Positions 39,701 to 52,700 of a stretch of DNA of 64,000 nt are shown here, in pieces. The translations under genes were made by a program, and so were the position numbers. Where the stretch lies: assembly GCF_006345805.1 (NCBI RefSeq), contig NC_042997.1, forward strand, positions 136,896,001 through 136,960,000, given 5' to 3'. The notes below the pieces were generated by a model, which made no database searches, had not been told where the DNA came from, and saw only the letters and a program-made list of their open reading frames with translations. Source of the DNA: Octopus sinensis. Its lineage: Eukaryota. Each line of letters starts with the position of its first letter. Position 1 is the first letter of the stretch.

Positions 39701-42700
39701 AGTGTTTACTAATCTCATTACTATTTGATTGCTATTTAACTATATTATTGCTTTATATAACTCTGTTCCTTTTCAGCATTGTGAAATTATTATTGAGTTG
39801 TTTGTTATTTATTGAGCACAATTTTGCCTGTGTCTTTTTGTTGTTGTTTTTTCTGTTTCCTTTCCTTGCAGTCAAAAAAAGCTTTAGCTAGCAAAGTACA
39901 GTAAGTAAGCAGTTTAGTTCTTTGATATAAAATGACCTGTATTGTTGTTTGCAACATGCTTTCGATATTTGACACACAATCTGTAGGTAAAAGAAACAGA
40001 AAGTTGGTCTTGAAGAGACAGAAGAAATGAAATTCTTGTTGGTGCGACCGCATTTTTGCCTATTCATTTGTTATATATATAGTAAGAATGTTCGTCTTTA
40101 ATTTCTTAACAACTTTTGCTTCATTTTCTTAACACATATATTTTAGTATCAATTTATGATTGTAAAGATATTGTACTTTACTGTTGTGTACTAGTGTTTA
40201 CTAATCTCATTACTATTTGATTGCTATTTAACTATATTATTACTTATATAACTCTGTTCCTTTTCAGCATTGTGAAATTAATATTGAGTTGTTTGTTGGT
40301 AATATGTTGAGCACAGTTTTGCTTCTGTGTTTCTGTTGTTGTTTTTTGTGTTTCCTCCTTGCAGAGCACAAAAAAAGCTTAAGCTAGCAAAGTACAGTAA
40401 GTAAACGGTTTAGTTCTTTGATATAAAATGACCTGTATTGTTGTTTGCAACATGCTTTCTATATCTGACACACCATCTGTAGGTAAAAGAAAACAGATAG
40501 TTGGAATTGAAAGGACAGAAGCAACAAAATTGTGGCTTGTACAACCGCATTTTTGCCTATTCATTTGCTATATACATAGTAAGAATGTTCGTCTTTATTT
40601 CTTAAAACCTTTTGCTTTATTTTCTTAACACATATATTTTAGTATCAATTTACGATCGTAAAATGTATTGTAAATGACTGTTGCGTGCTAGTGTTTATTC
40701 ATCTCTTTACTATTTTATTGCTAGTGAACTATATTATTACTTTATAAAATTGTGTGTCCCTTTCAGCATTGTGAAATTATTATTGAGTTGTTTGTTGGTA
40801 ATATGTTGAGCACAGTTTTGCTTCTGTTCTGTTGTTGTGTTTTTCTGTTTGCCTTCCTTGCAGTGAAAAAAAGCTTAAGCTAGCAAAGTACAGTAAGTAA
40901 GCAGTTTAGTTCTTTGATATAAATGACTTGTATTGTTGTTTGCAACATGCTTTCGATGCTTGACACACAATCTGTAGGTAAAAGAAACAGAAAGTTGGAC
41001 TTGAAGGCACAGCAGAAATGAAAATTCTGGTTAGTATGACCGCATTTTTGCCTATTCATTTGTTATATACATAGGAAGAATGTTTGTCTTTGTTTTCTTA
41101 ACACCTTTTGCTTTATTTTCTTAACACATATATTTTAGTATCAATTTATGATTTTAAAGATATTGTACTTTACTGTTGTGTACTAGTGTTTACTAATCTC
41201 ATTACTATTTGATTGCTATTTAACTATATTATTGCTTTATATAACTCTGTTCCTTTTCAGCATTGTGAAATTATTATTGAGTTGTTTGTTATTTATTGAG
41301 CACAATTTTGCCTGTGTCTTTTTGTTGTTGTTTTTTGTGTTTCCTTTCCTTGCAGTCAAAAAAAGCTTAAGCTAGCGAAGTACAGTAAGTAAACAGTTCA
41401 GTTCTTTGTTATAAAATGACCTGTATTGTTGTTTGCAACATGCTTTCTATATTTGACACACCATCTGTAGGTAAAAGAAACAGATAGTTGGAATTGAAAG
41501 GACAGAAGCAACAAAATTGTGGCTTGTACAACCGCATTTTTGCCTATTCATTTGCTATATACATAGTAAGAATGTTCGTCTTTATTTTCTTAAAACCTTT
41601 TGCTTTATGTTCTTAACACATATATTTTAGTATCAATTTATGATCGTAAAATGTATTGTAAATGACGGTTGCATGCTAGTGTTTATCCATCTCTTTACTA
41701 TTTGATTGCTAGTTAACTATATTATTACTTTATAAAATTGTGTCCCTTTCAGCATTGTGGAATTATTATTGAGTTGTTTGTTGGTTAGTTGTTGAGCACA
41801 GTTTTGTATGTATGTTCTCTCTTGTTTTTTTTTTATTTGTTTCCTTGCAGTGCAAAAAGCTTAAGCTAGCAAAGTACAGTAAGTAAGCAGTTTAGTTATT
41901 TGATATAAAATGTCCTGTATTGTTTGCAACATGCTTTCTATATTGACACAGAATCTGTAGGTCAAAGAAACTGATAGTTGGACTTGAAAAGACAGAAGGA
42001 ATGAAATTCGGCTGCTATACAACGGCATTTTTGCCTTTATTATTGAGTTGTTTGTTGGTTATTTATTGAGCACAGTTTTGCCTGTGTCTTTTTGTTGTTG
42101 TGTACTAGTGTTTACTAATCTCATTACTATTTGATTACTATTTAACTATATTATTGCTTTATATAACTCTGTTCCTTTTCAGCATTGTGAAATTATTATT
42201 GAGTTGTTTGTTATTTATTGAGCACAATTTTGCCTGTGTCTTTTTGTTGTTGTTTTTTCTGTTTCCTTTCCTTGCAGTCAAAAAAAGCTTAAGCTAGCAA
42301 AGTACAGTAAGTAAACAGTTCAGTTCTTTGTTATAAAATGACCTGTATTGTTGTTTGCAACATGCTTTCTATATTTGACACACCATCTGTAGGTAAAAGA
42401 AACAGATAGTTGGAATTGAAAGGACAGAAGCAACAAAATTATGGCTTGTACAACCGCATTTTTGCCTATTCATTTGCTATATACATAGTAAGAATGTTCG
42501 TCTTTATTTTCTTAAAACCTTTTGCCTTATTTTCTTAACACATATATTTTAGTATCAATTTATGATCGTAAAATGTATTGTAAATGACGGTTGCATGCTA
42601 GTGTTTATCCATCTCTTTACTATTTGATTGCTAGTTAACTATATTATTACTTTATAAAATTGTGTTCCCTTTCAGCATTGTGGAGTTATTATTGAGTTGT

Positions 42701-43319
42701 TTGTTGGTTAGTTGTTGAGCACAGTTTTGTATGTATGTTTCTCTTGTTGTTTTTTTTATTTGGTTTCCTTGCAGTGCAAAAAGCTTAAGCTAGCAAAGTA
42801 CAGTAAGTAAGCAGTTTAGTTATTTGATATAAAATGTCCTGTATTGTTTGCAACATGCTTTCTATATTTGACACAGAATCTGTAGGTCAAAGAAACAGAT
42901 AGTTGGACTTGAAAAGACAGAAGGAATGAAATTCTGGCTGGTACGACGGCAGTTTTGCCTATTTATTATTGAGTTGTTTGTTGGTTATTTATTGAGCACA
43001 GTTTTGCCTGTGTCTTTTTGTTGTTTTTCTGTTTGCTTTCCTTGCAGTGAAAAAAAGCTTAAGCTAGCAAAGTACAGTAAGTAAGCAGTTTAGTTCTTTG
43101 ATATAAAATGACCTGTTTTGTTGTTTGCAACATGCTTTCGATATTTGACACACAATCTGTAGGTAAAAGAAACAGAAAGTTGGTCTTGAAGAGACAGAAG
43201 AAATGAAATTCTTGTTGGTGCGACCGCATTTTTGCCTATTCATTTGTTATATACATAGGAAGAATGTTTGTCTTTGTTTTCTTAACACCTTTTGCTTTAT
43301 TTTCTTAACACATATATTT

Positions 43320-43402
43320 TAGTATCAATTTATGATTGTAAAGATATTGTACTTTACTGTTGTGTACTAGTGTTTACTAATCTCATTACTATTTGATTGC
43401 TA
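43320..43402 (+). ncRNA. Representative ~85 nt stem-loop (structured RNA / pre-miRNA-like candidate) in each full-length unit
   Basis: Hand-folded: TAGTATCAA/TTGATTGCTA basal stem, GATT-GTAAA/TTTAC-T-AATC, TATT/AGTG, GTAC/GTAC, ~11 nt loop; unit-to-unit changes fall mostly in bulges and the loop. Confidence 0.3.
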
Positions 43403-43590
43403 TTTAACTATATTAATACTTTATATAACTCTGTTCCTTTTCAGCATTGTGAAATTATTATTAAGTTGTTGTTGGTTATTTATTGAGCACAGTTTTGCCT
43501 ATGTCTTTTTTGTTGTTGTTTTCTGTTTCCTTTCCTTGCAGTGAAAAAAGCTTAAGCTAGCAAAGTACAGTAAGTAAACAGTTTAGTTTT

Positions 43591-43751
43591 TTGATATAAA
43601 ATGACCTGTATTGTTGTTTGCAACATGCTTTCTATATCTGACACACCATCTGTAGGTAAAAGAAACAGATAGTTGGACTTGAAAGGACAGAAGCAACAAA
43701 ATTGTGGCTTGTACAACCGCATTTTTGCCTATTCATTTGCTATATACATAG
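43591..43751 (+). ncRNA. Representative H/ACA-like RNA candidate (hairpin - H box - hairpin - ACA+3) repeated in array units
   Basis: Two hairpins, each lower stem/internal loop/upper stem; H box ACACCA at 43643-43648, 14 nt after the first internal loop; ACA at 43746-43748 lies farther from hairpin 2 than is canonical. No target established. Confidence 0.35.
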
Positions 43752-46700
43752 TAAGAATGTTCGTCTTTATTTTCTTAAAACCTTTTGCTTTATTTTCTTA
43801 ACACATATATTTTAGTATCAATTTATGATCGTAAAATGTATTGTAAATGACTGTTGCGTGCTAGTGTTTATTCATCTCTTTACTATTTGATTGCTAGTGA
43901 ACTATATTATTACTTTATAAAATTGTGTTCCCTTTCAGCATTGTGAAATTATTGAGTTGTTTGTTGGTAATATGTTGAGCACAGTTTTGCTTCTGTGTTT
44001 CTGTTGTTGTTTTTTGTTTGCCTTCCTTGCAGTGAAAAAAAGCTTAAGCTAGCAAAGTACAGTAAGTAAGCAGTTTAGTTCTTTGATATAAAATGACTTG
44101 TATTGTTGTTTGCAACATGCTTTCGATGCTTGACACACAATCTGTAGGTAAAAGAAACAGAAAGTTGGACTTGAAGGCACAGCAGAAATGAAATTCTGGT
44201 TAGTATGACCGCATTTTTGCCTATTCATTTGTTATATACATAGGAAGAATGTTTGTCTTTGTTTTCTTAACACCTTTTGCTTTATTTTCTTAACACATAT
44301 ATTTTAGTATCAATTTATGATTTTAAAGATATTGTACTTTACTGTTGTGTACTAGTGTTTACTAATCTCATTACTATTTGATTGCTATTTAACTATATTA
44401 TTGCTTTATATAACTCTGTTCCTTTTCAGCATTGTGAAATTATTATTGAGTTGTTTGTTATTTATTGAGCACAATTTTGCCTGTGTCTTTTTGTTGTTGT
44501 TTTTTGTGTTTCCTTTCCTTGCAGTCAAAAAAAGCTTAAGCTAGCAAAGTACAGTAAGTAAACAGTTCAGTTCTTTGTTATAAAATGACCTGTATTGTTG
44601 TTTGCAACATGCTTTCTATATTTGACACACCATCTGTAGGTAAAAGAAACAGATAGTTGGAATTGAAAGGACAGAAGCAACAAAATTGTGGCTTGTACAA
44701 CCGCATTTTTGCCTATTCATTTGCTATATACATAGTAAGAATGTTCGTCTTTATTTTCTTAAAACCTTTTGCTTTATGTTCTAAACATATATTTTAGTAT
44801 CAATTTATGATCGTAAAATGTATTGTAAATGACGGTTGCATGCTAGTGTTTATCCATCTCTTTACTATTTGATTGCTAGTTAACTAATTATTATTTATTA
44901 TAAATTGTGTTCCCTTTCAGCATTGTGGAATTATTGAGTTGTTTGTTGGTTAGTTGTTGAGCACAGTTTTGTATGTATGTTTCTCTTGTTTTTTTTATTT
45001 GGTTTCCTTGCAGTGCAAAAAGCTTAAGCTAGCAAAGTACAGTAAGTAAGCAGTTTAGTTTGATATATAAAATGTCCTGTATTGTTTGCAACATGCTTTC
45101 TATATTTGACACAGAATCTGTAGGTCAAAGAAACTGATAGTTGGACTTGAAAAGACAGAAGGAATGAAATTCTGGCTGCTACAACGGCATTTTTGCCTAT
45201 TTATTATTGAGTTGTTTGTTGGTTATTTATTGAGCACAGTTTTGCCTGTGTCTTTTTGTTGTTGTGTACTAGTGTTTACTAATCTCATTACTATTTGATT
45301 ACTATTTAACTATATTATTGCTTTATATAACTCTGTTCCTTTTCAGCATTGTGAAATTATTATTGAGTTGTTTGTTATTTATTGAGCACAATTTTGCCTG
45401 TGTCTTTTTGTTGTTGTTTTTTCTGTTTCCTTTCCTTGCAGTCAAAAAAAGCTTAAGCTAGCAAAGTACAGTAAGTAAACAGTTCAGTTCTTTGTTATAA
45501 AATGACCTGTATTGTTGTTTGCAACATGCTTTCTATATTTGACACATCATCTGTAGGTAAAAGAAACAGATAGTTGGAATTGAAAGGACAGAAGCAACAA
45601 AATTATGGCTTGTACAACCGCATTTTTGCCTATTCATTTGCTATATACATAGTAAGAATGTTCGTCTTTATTTTCTTAAAACCTTTTGCCTTATTTTCTT
45701 AACACATATATTTTAGTATCAATTTATGATCGTAAAATGTATTGTAAATGACGGTTGCATGCTAGTGTTTATCCATCTCTTTACTATTTGATTGCTAGTT
45801 AACTATATTATTACTTTATAAAATTGTGTTCCCTTTCAGCATTGTGGAGTTATTATTGAGTTGTTTGTTGGTTAGTTGTTGAGCACAGTTTTGTATGTAT
45901 GTTTCTCTTGTTGTTTTTTTTATTTGGTTTCCTTGCAGTGCAAAAAGCTTAAGCTAGCAAAGTACAGTAAGTAAGCAGTTTAGTTATTTGATATAAAATG
46001 TCCTGTATTGTTTGCAACATGCTTTCTATATTTGACACAGAATCTGTAGGTCAAAGAAACTGATAGTTGGACTTGAAAAGACAGAAGGAATGAAATTCTG
46101 GCTTGTGCAACCGCATTTTTGCCTATTTATTATTGAGTTGTTTGTTGGTTATTTATTGAGCACAGTTTTGCCTGTGTCTTTTTGTTGTTTTTCTGTTTGC
46201 TTTCCTTGCAGTGAAAAAAAGCTTAAGCTAGCATAGTACAGTAAGTAAGCAGTTTAGTTCTTTGATATAAAATGACCTGTTTTGTTGTTTGCAACATACT
46301 TTCGATATTTGACACACAATCTGTAGGTAAAAGAAACAGAAAGTTGGTCTTGAAGAGACAGAAGAAATGAAATTCTTGTTGGTACGACCGCATTTTTGCC
46401 TATTCATTTGTTATATACATAGGAAGAATGTTTGTCTTTGTTTTCTTAACACCTTTTGCTTTATTTTCTTAACACATATATTTTAGTATCAATTTATGAT
46501 TGTAAAGATATTGTACTTTACTGTTGTGTACTAGTGTTTACTAATCTCATTACTATTTGATTGCTATTTAACTATATTAATACTTTATATAACTCTGTTC
46601 CTTTTCAGCATTGTGAAATTATTATTGAGTTGTTTGTTGGTTATTTATTGAGCACAGTTTTGCCTGTGTCTTTTTGTTGTTGTTTTTCTGTATGCTTTCC

Positions 46701-49700
46701 TTGCAGTGAAAAAAAGCTTAAGCTAGCAAAGTACAGTAAGTAAGCAGTTTAGTTCTTTGATATAAAATGACCTGTATTGTTGTTAGCAACATGCTTTCTA
46801 TATTTGACACAATCTGTAGGTAAAAGAAACAGATAGTTGGACTTGAAAGGACAGAAGCAATAAAATTCTGGTTTGTACAACCGCATTTTTGCCTATTTAT
46901 TTGCTATATACATAGTAGGAATGTTCGTCTTTATTTTCTTAAAACCTTTTGCTTTATTTTCTTAACACATATATTTTAGTATCAATTTATGATCGTAAAA
47001 CGTATTGTAAATGACTGTTCCGTGCTAGTGTTTACTCATCTCATTACTATTTGATTGCTAGTTAACTATATTATTACTTTATAAAATTGTGTTCCCTTTC
47101 AGCATTGTGGAATTATTATTGAGTTGTTTGTTGGTTAGTTGTTGAGCACAGTTTTGTATGTATGTTTCTCTTGTTTTTTTTATTTGGTTTCCTTGCAGTG
47201 CAAAAAGCTTAAGCTAGCAAAGTACAGTAAGTAAGCAGTTTAGTTATTTGATATAAAATGTCCTGTATTGTTTGCAACATGCTTTCTATATTTGACACAG
47301 AATCTGTAGGTCAAAGAAACTGATAGTTGGACTTGAAAAGACAGAAGGAATGAAATTCTGGCTGCTACAACGGCATTTTTGCCTATTTATTATTGAGTTG
47401 TTTGTTGGTTATTTATTGAGCACAGTTTTGCCTGTGTCTTTTTGTTGTTGTGTACTAGTGTTTACTAATCTCATTACTATTTGATTACTATTTAACTATA
47501 TTATTGCTTTATATAACTCTGTTCCTTTTCAGCATTGTGAAATTATTATTGAGTTGTTTGTTATTTATTGAGCACAATTTTGCCTGTGTCTTTTTGTTGT
47601 TGTTTTTTCTGTTTCCTTTCCTTGCAGTCAAAAAAAGCTTAAGCTAGCAAAGTACAGTAAGTAAACAGTTCAGTTCTTTGTTATAAAATGACCTGTATTG
47701 TTGTTTGCAACATGCTTTCTATATTTGACACACCATCTGTAGGTTAAAAGAAACAGATAGTTGGAATTGAAAGGACAGAAGCAACAAAATTATGGCTTGT
47801 ACAACCGCATTTTTGCCTATTCATTTGCTATATACATAGTAAGAATGTTCGTCTTTATTTTCTTAAAACCTTTTGCCTTATTTTCTTAACACATATATTT
47901 TAGTATCAATTTATGATCGTAAAATGTATTGTAAATGACGGTTGCATGCTAGTGTTTATCCATCTCTTTACTATTTGATTGCTAGTTAACTATATTATTA
48001 CTTTATAAAATTGTGTTCCCTTTCAGCATTGTGGAGTTATTATTCAGTTGTTTGTTGGTTAGTTGTTGAGCACAGTTTTGTATGTATGTTTCTCTTGTTG
48101 TTTTTTTATTTGGTTTCCTTGCAGTGCAAAAAGCTTAAGCTAGCAAAGTACAGTAAGTAAGCAGTTTAGTTATTTGATATAAAATGTCCTGTATTGTTTG
48201 CAACATGCTTTCTATATTTGACACAGAATCTGTAGGTCAAAGAAACAGATAGTTGGACTTGAAAAGACAGAAGGAATGAAATTCTGGCTGGTACGACGGC
48301 AGTTTTGCCTATTTATTATTGAGTTGTTTGTTGGTTATTTATTGAGCACAGTTTTGCCTGTGTCTTTTTGTTGTTTTTCTGTTTGCTTTCCTTGCAGTGA
48401 AAAAAAGCTTAAGCTAGCAAAGTACAGTAAGTAAGCAGTTTAGTTCTTTGATATAAAATGACCTGTTTTGTTGTTTGCAACATGCTTTCGATATTTGACA
48501 CACAATCTGTAGGTAAAAGAAACAGAAAGTTGGTCTTGAAGAGACAGAAGAAATGAAATTCTTGTTGGTGCGACCGCATTTTTGCCTATTCATTTGTTAT
48601 ATACATAGGAAGAATGTTTGTCTTTGTTTTCTTAACACCTTTTGCTTTATTTTCTTAACACATATATTTTAGTATCAATTTATGATTGTAAAGATATTGT
48701 ACTTTACTGTTGTGTACTAGTGTTTACTAATCTCATTACTATTTGATTGCTATTTAACTATATTAATACTTATATAACTCTGTTCCTTTTCAGCATTGTG
48801 AAATTATTATTAAGTTGTTTGTTGGTTATTTATTGAGCACAGTTTTGCCTATGTTTTGTTGTTGTTTTTCTGTTTCCTTTCCTTGCAGTGAAAAAAAGCT
48901 TAAGCTAGCAAAGTACAGTAAGTAAACAGTTTAGTTTTTTGATATAAAATGACCTGTATTGTTGTTTGCAACATGCTTTCTATATCTGACACACCATCTG
49001 TAGGTAAAAGAAACAGATAGTTGGACTTGAAAGGACAGAAGCAACAAAATTGTGGCTTGTACAACCGCATTTTGTGCCTATTTTGCTATATACATAGTAA
49101 GAATGTTCGTCTTTATTTTCTTAAAACCTTTTGCTTTATTTTCTTAACACATATATTTTAGTATCAATTTATGATCGTAAAATGTATTGTAAATGACTGT
49201 TGCGTGCTAGTGTTTATTCATCTCTTTACTATTTGATTGCTAGTGAACTATATTATTACTTTATAAAATTGTGTTCCCTTTCAGCATTGTGAAATTATTA
49301 TTGAGTTGTTTGTTGGTAATATGTTGAGCACAGTTTTGCTTCTGTGTTTCTGTTGTTGTTTTTCTGTTTGCCTTCCTTGCAGTGAAAAAAAGCTTAAGCT
49401 AGCAAAGTACAGTAAGTAAGCAGTTTAGTTCTTTGATATAAATGACTTGTATTGTTGTTTGCAACATGCTTTCGATGCTTGACACACAATCTGTAGGTAA
49501 AAGAAACAGAAAGTTGGACTTGAAGGCACAGCAGAAATGAAATTCTGGTTAGTATGACCGCATTTTTGCCTATTCATTTGTTATATACATAGGAAGAATG
49601 TTTGTCTTTGTTTTCTTAACACCTTTTGCTTTATTTTCTTAACACATATATTTTAGTATCAATTTATGATTTTAAAGATATTGTACTTTACTGTTGTGTA

Positions 49701-52700
49701 CTAGTGTTTACTAATCTCATTACTATTTGATTGCTATTTAACTATATTATTGCTTTATATAACTCTGTTCCTTTTCAGCATTGTGAAATTATTATTGAGT
49801 TGTTTGTTATTTATTGAGCACAATTTTGCCTGTGTCTTTTTGTTGTTGTTTTGTGTTTCCTTCCTTGCAGTCAAAAAAAGCTTAAGCTAGCAAAGTACAG
49901 TAAGTAAACAGTTCAGTTCTTTGTTATAAAATGACCTGTATTGTTGTTTGCAACATGCTTTCTATATTTGACACACCATCTGTAGGTAAAAGAAACAGAT
50001 AGTTGGAATTGAAAGGACAGAAGCAACAAAAATTGTGGCTTGTACAACCGCATTTTTGCCTATTCATTTGCTATATACATAGTAAGAATGTTCGTCTTTA
50101 TTTTCTTAAAACCTTTTGCTTTATGTTCTTAACACATATATTTTAGTATCAATTTATGATCGTAAAATGTATTGTAAATGACGGTTGCATGCTAGTGTTT
50201 ATCCCTCTCTTTACTATTTGATTGCTAGTTATAACTATATTACTTTATAAAATTGTGTTCCCTTTCAGCATTGTGGAATTATTATTGAGTTGTTTGTTGG
50301 TTAGTTGTTGAGCACAGTTTTGTATGTATGTCTCTTGTTTTTTTTATTTGGTTTCCTTGCAGTGCAAAAAGCTTAAGCTAGCAAAGTACAGTAAGTAAGC
50401 AGTTTAGTTATTTGATATAAAATGTCCTGTATTGTTTGCAACATGCTTTCTATATTGACACAGAATCTGTAGGTCAAAGAAACTGATAGTTGGACTTGAA
50501 AAGACAGAAGGAATGAAATTCTGGCTGCTACAACGGCATTTTTGCCTATTTATTATTGAGTTGTTTGTTGTTATTTATTGAGAGCAGTTTTGCCTGTGTC
50601 TTTTTGTTGTTGTGTGTAGTGTTTACTAATCTCATTACTATTTGATTACTATTTAACTATATTATTGCTTTATATAACTCTGTTCCTTTTCAGCATTGTG
50701 AAATTATTATTGAGTTGTTTGTTATTTATTGAGCACAATTTTGCCTGTGTCTTTTTGTTGTTGTTTTTCTGTTTCCTTTCCTTGCAGTCAAAAAAAGCTT
50801 AGCTAGCAAAGTACAGTAAGTAAACAGTTCAGTTCTTTGTTATAAATGACCTGTATTGTTGTTTGCAACATGCTTTCTATATTTGACACACCATCTGTAG
50901 GTAAAAGAAACAGATAGTTGGAATTGAAAGGACAGAAGCAACAAAATTATGGCTTGTACAACCGCATTTTTGCCTATTCATTTGCTATATACATAGTAAG
51001 AATGTTCGTCTTTATTTCTTAAAACCTTTTGCCTTATTTTCTTAACACATATATTTTAGTATCAATTTATGATCGTAAAATGTATTGTAAATGACGGTTG
51101 CATGCTAGTGTTTATCCATCTCTTTACTATTTGATTGCTAGTTAACTATATTATTACTTTATAAAATTGTGTTCCCTTTCAGCATTGTGGAGTTATTATT
51201 GAGTTGTTTGTTGGTTAGTTGTTGAGCACAGTTTTGTATGTATGTTTCTCTTGTTGTTTTTTTTATTTGGTTTCCTTGCAGTGCAAAAAGCTTAAGCTAG
51301 CAAAGTACAGTAAGTAAGCAGTTTAGTTATTTGATATAAAATGTCCTGTATTGTTTGCAACATGCTTTCTATATTTGACACAGAATCTGTAGGTCAAAGA
51401 AACTGATAGTTGGACTTGAAAAGACAGAAGGAATGAAATTCTGGCTTGTGCAACCGCATTTTTGCCTATTTATTATTGAGTTGTTTGTTGGTTATTTATT
51501 GAGCACAGTTTTGCCTGTGTCTTTTTGTTGTTTTTCTGTTTGCTTTCCTTGCAGTGAAAAAAAGCTTAAGCTAGCATAGTACAGTAAGTAAGCAGTTTGT
51601 TCTTTGATATAAAATGACCTGTTTTGTTGTTTGCAACATACTTTCGATATTTGACACACAATCTGTAGGTAAAAGAAACAGAAAGTTGGTCTTGAAGAGA
51701 CAGAAGAAATGAAATTCTTGTTGGTACGACCGCATTTTTGCCTATTCATTTGTTATATACATAGAGAAGAATGTTTGTCTTTGTTTCTTAACACCTTTTG
51801 CTTTATTTCTTAACACATATATTTTAGTATCAATTTATGATTGTAAAGATATTGTACTTTACTGTTGTGTACTAGTGTTTACTAATCTCATTACTATTTG
51901 ATTGCTATTTAACTATATTAATACTTTATATAACTCTGTTCCTTTTCAGCATTGTGAAATTATTATTGAGTTGTTTGTTGGTTATTTATTGAGCACAGTT
52001 TTGCCTGTGTCTTTTTGTTGTTGTTTTTCTGTATGCTTTCCTTGCAGTGAAAAAAAGCTTAAGCTAGCAAAGTACAGTAAGTAAGCAGTTTAGTTCTTTG
52101 ATATAAAATGACCTGTATTGTTGTTAGCAACATGCTTTCTATATTTGACACACAATCTGTAGGTAAAAGAAACAGATAGTTGGACTTGAAAGGACAGAAG
52201 CAATAAAATTCTGGTTTGTACAACCGCATTTTTGCCTATTTATTTGCTATATACATAGTAGGAATGTTCGTCTTTATTTTCTTAAAACCTTTTGCTTTAT
52301 TTTCTTAACACATATATTTTAGTATCAATTTATGATCGTAAAACGTATTGTAAATGACTGTTCCGTGCTAGTGTTTACTCATCTCATTACTATTTGATTG
52401 CTAGTTAACTATATTATTACTTTATAAAATTGTGTTCCCTTTCAGCATTGTGAAATTATTATTGAGTTGTTTGTTGGTAATATGTTGAGCATAGTTTTGC
52501 TTCTGTGTTTATGTTGTTGTTTTTCTGTTTGCTTTCCTTGCAGTGAAAAAAAGCTTCAGCTAGCAAAGTACAGTAAGTAAGCAGTTTACTTCTTTGATAT
52601 AAAATGACCTGTATTGTTGTTTGCAACATGTTTTCGATAGTTGACACACAATCTGTAGGTAAAAGAAACAGAACGTTGGACTTGAAGAGACAGAAGAAAT

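Noticed and set aside
43363-43386. Resemblance of the hairpin 3' arm (GTACTAGTGTTTACT(C/A)ATC) to miR-279-family miRNAs
   Set aside because: Only ACTAG and ACTCAT blocks match and the GACUAGA seed is absent.
43320-43402. Box C/D snoRNA reading of the second hairpin (ATGATTG...TTGA)
   Set aside because: Both boxes deviate from RUGAUGA/CUGA in almost all units.
43604-43634. Short matches to 18S rRNA recalled from memory (GACCTGTATTG versus CAAUAACAGGUC; ATGCTTTCG in type I units versus CGAAAGCAU)
   Set aside because: They are only 7-9 nt, do not form a bipartite pocket around a uridine at 14-16 nt from the H box, and are expected by chance.
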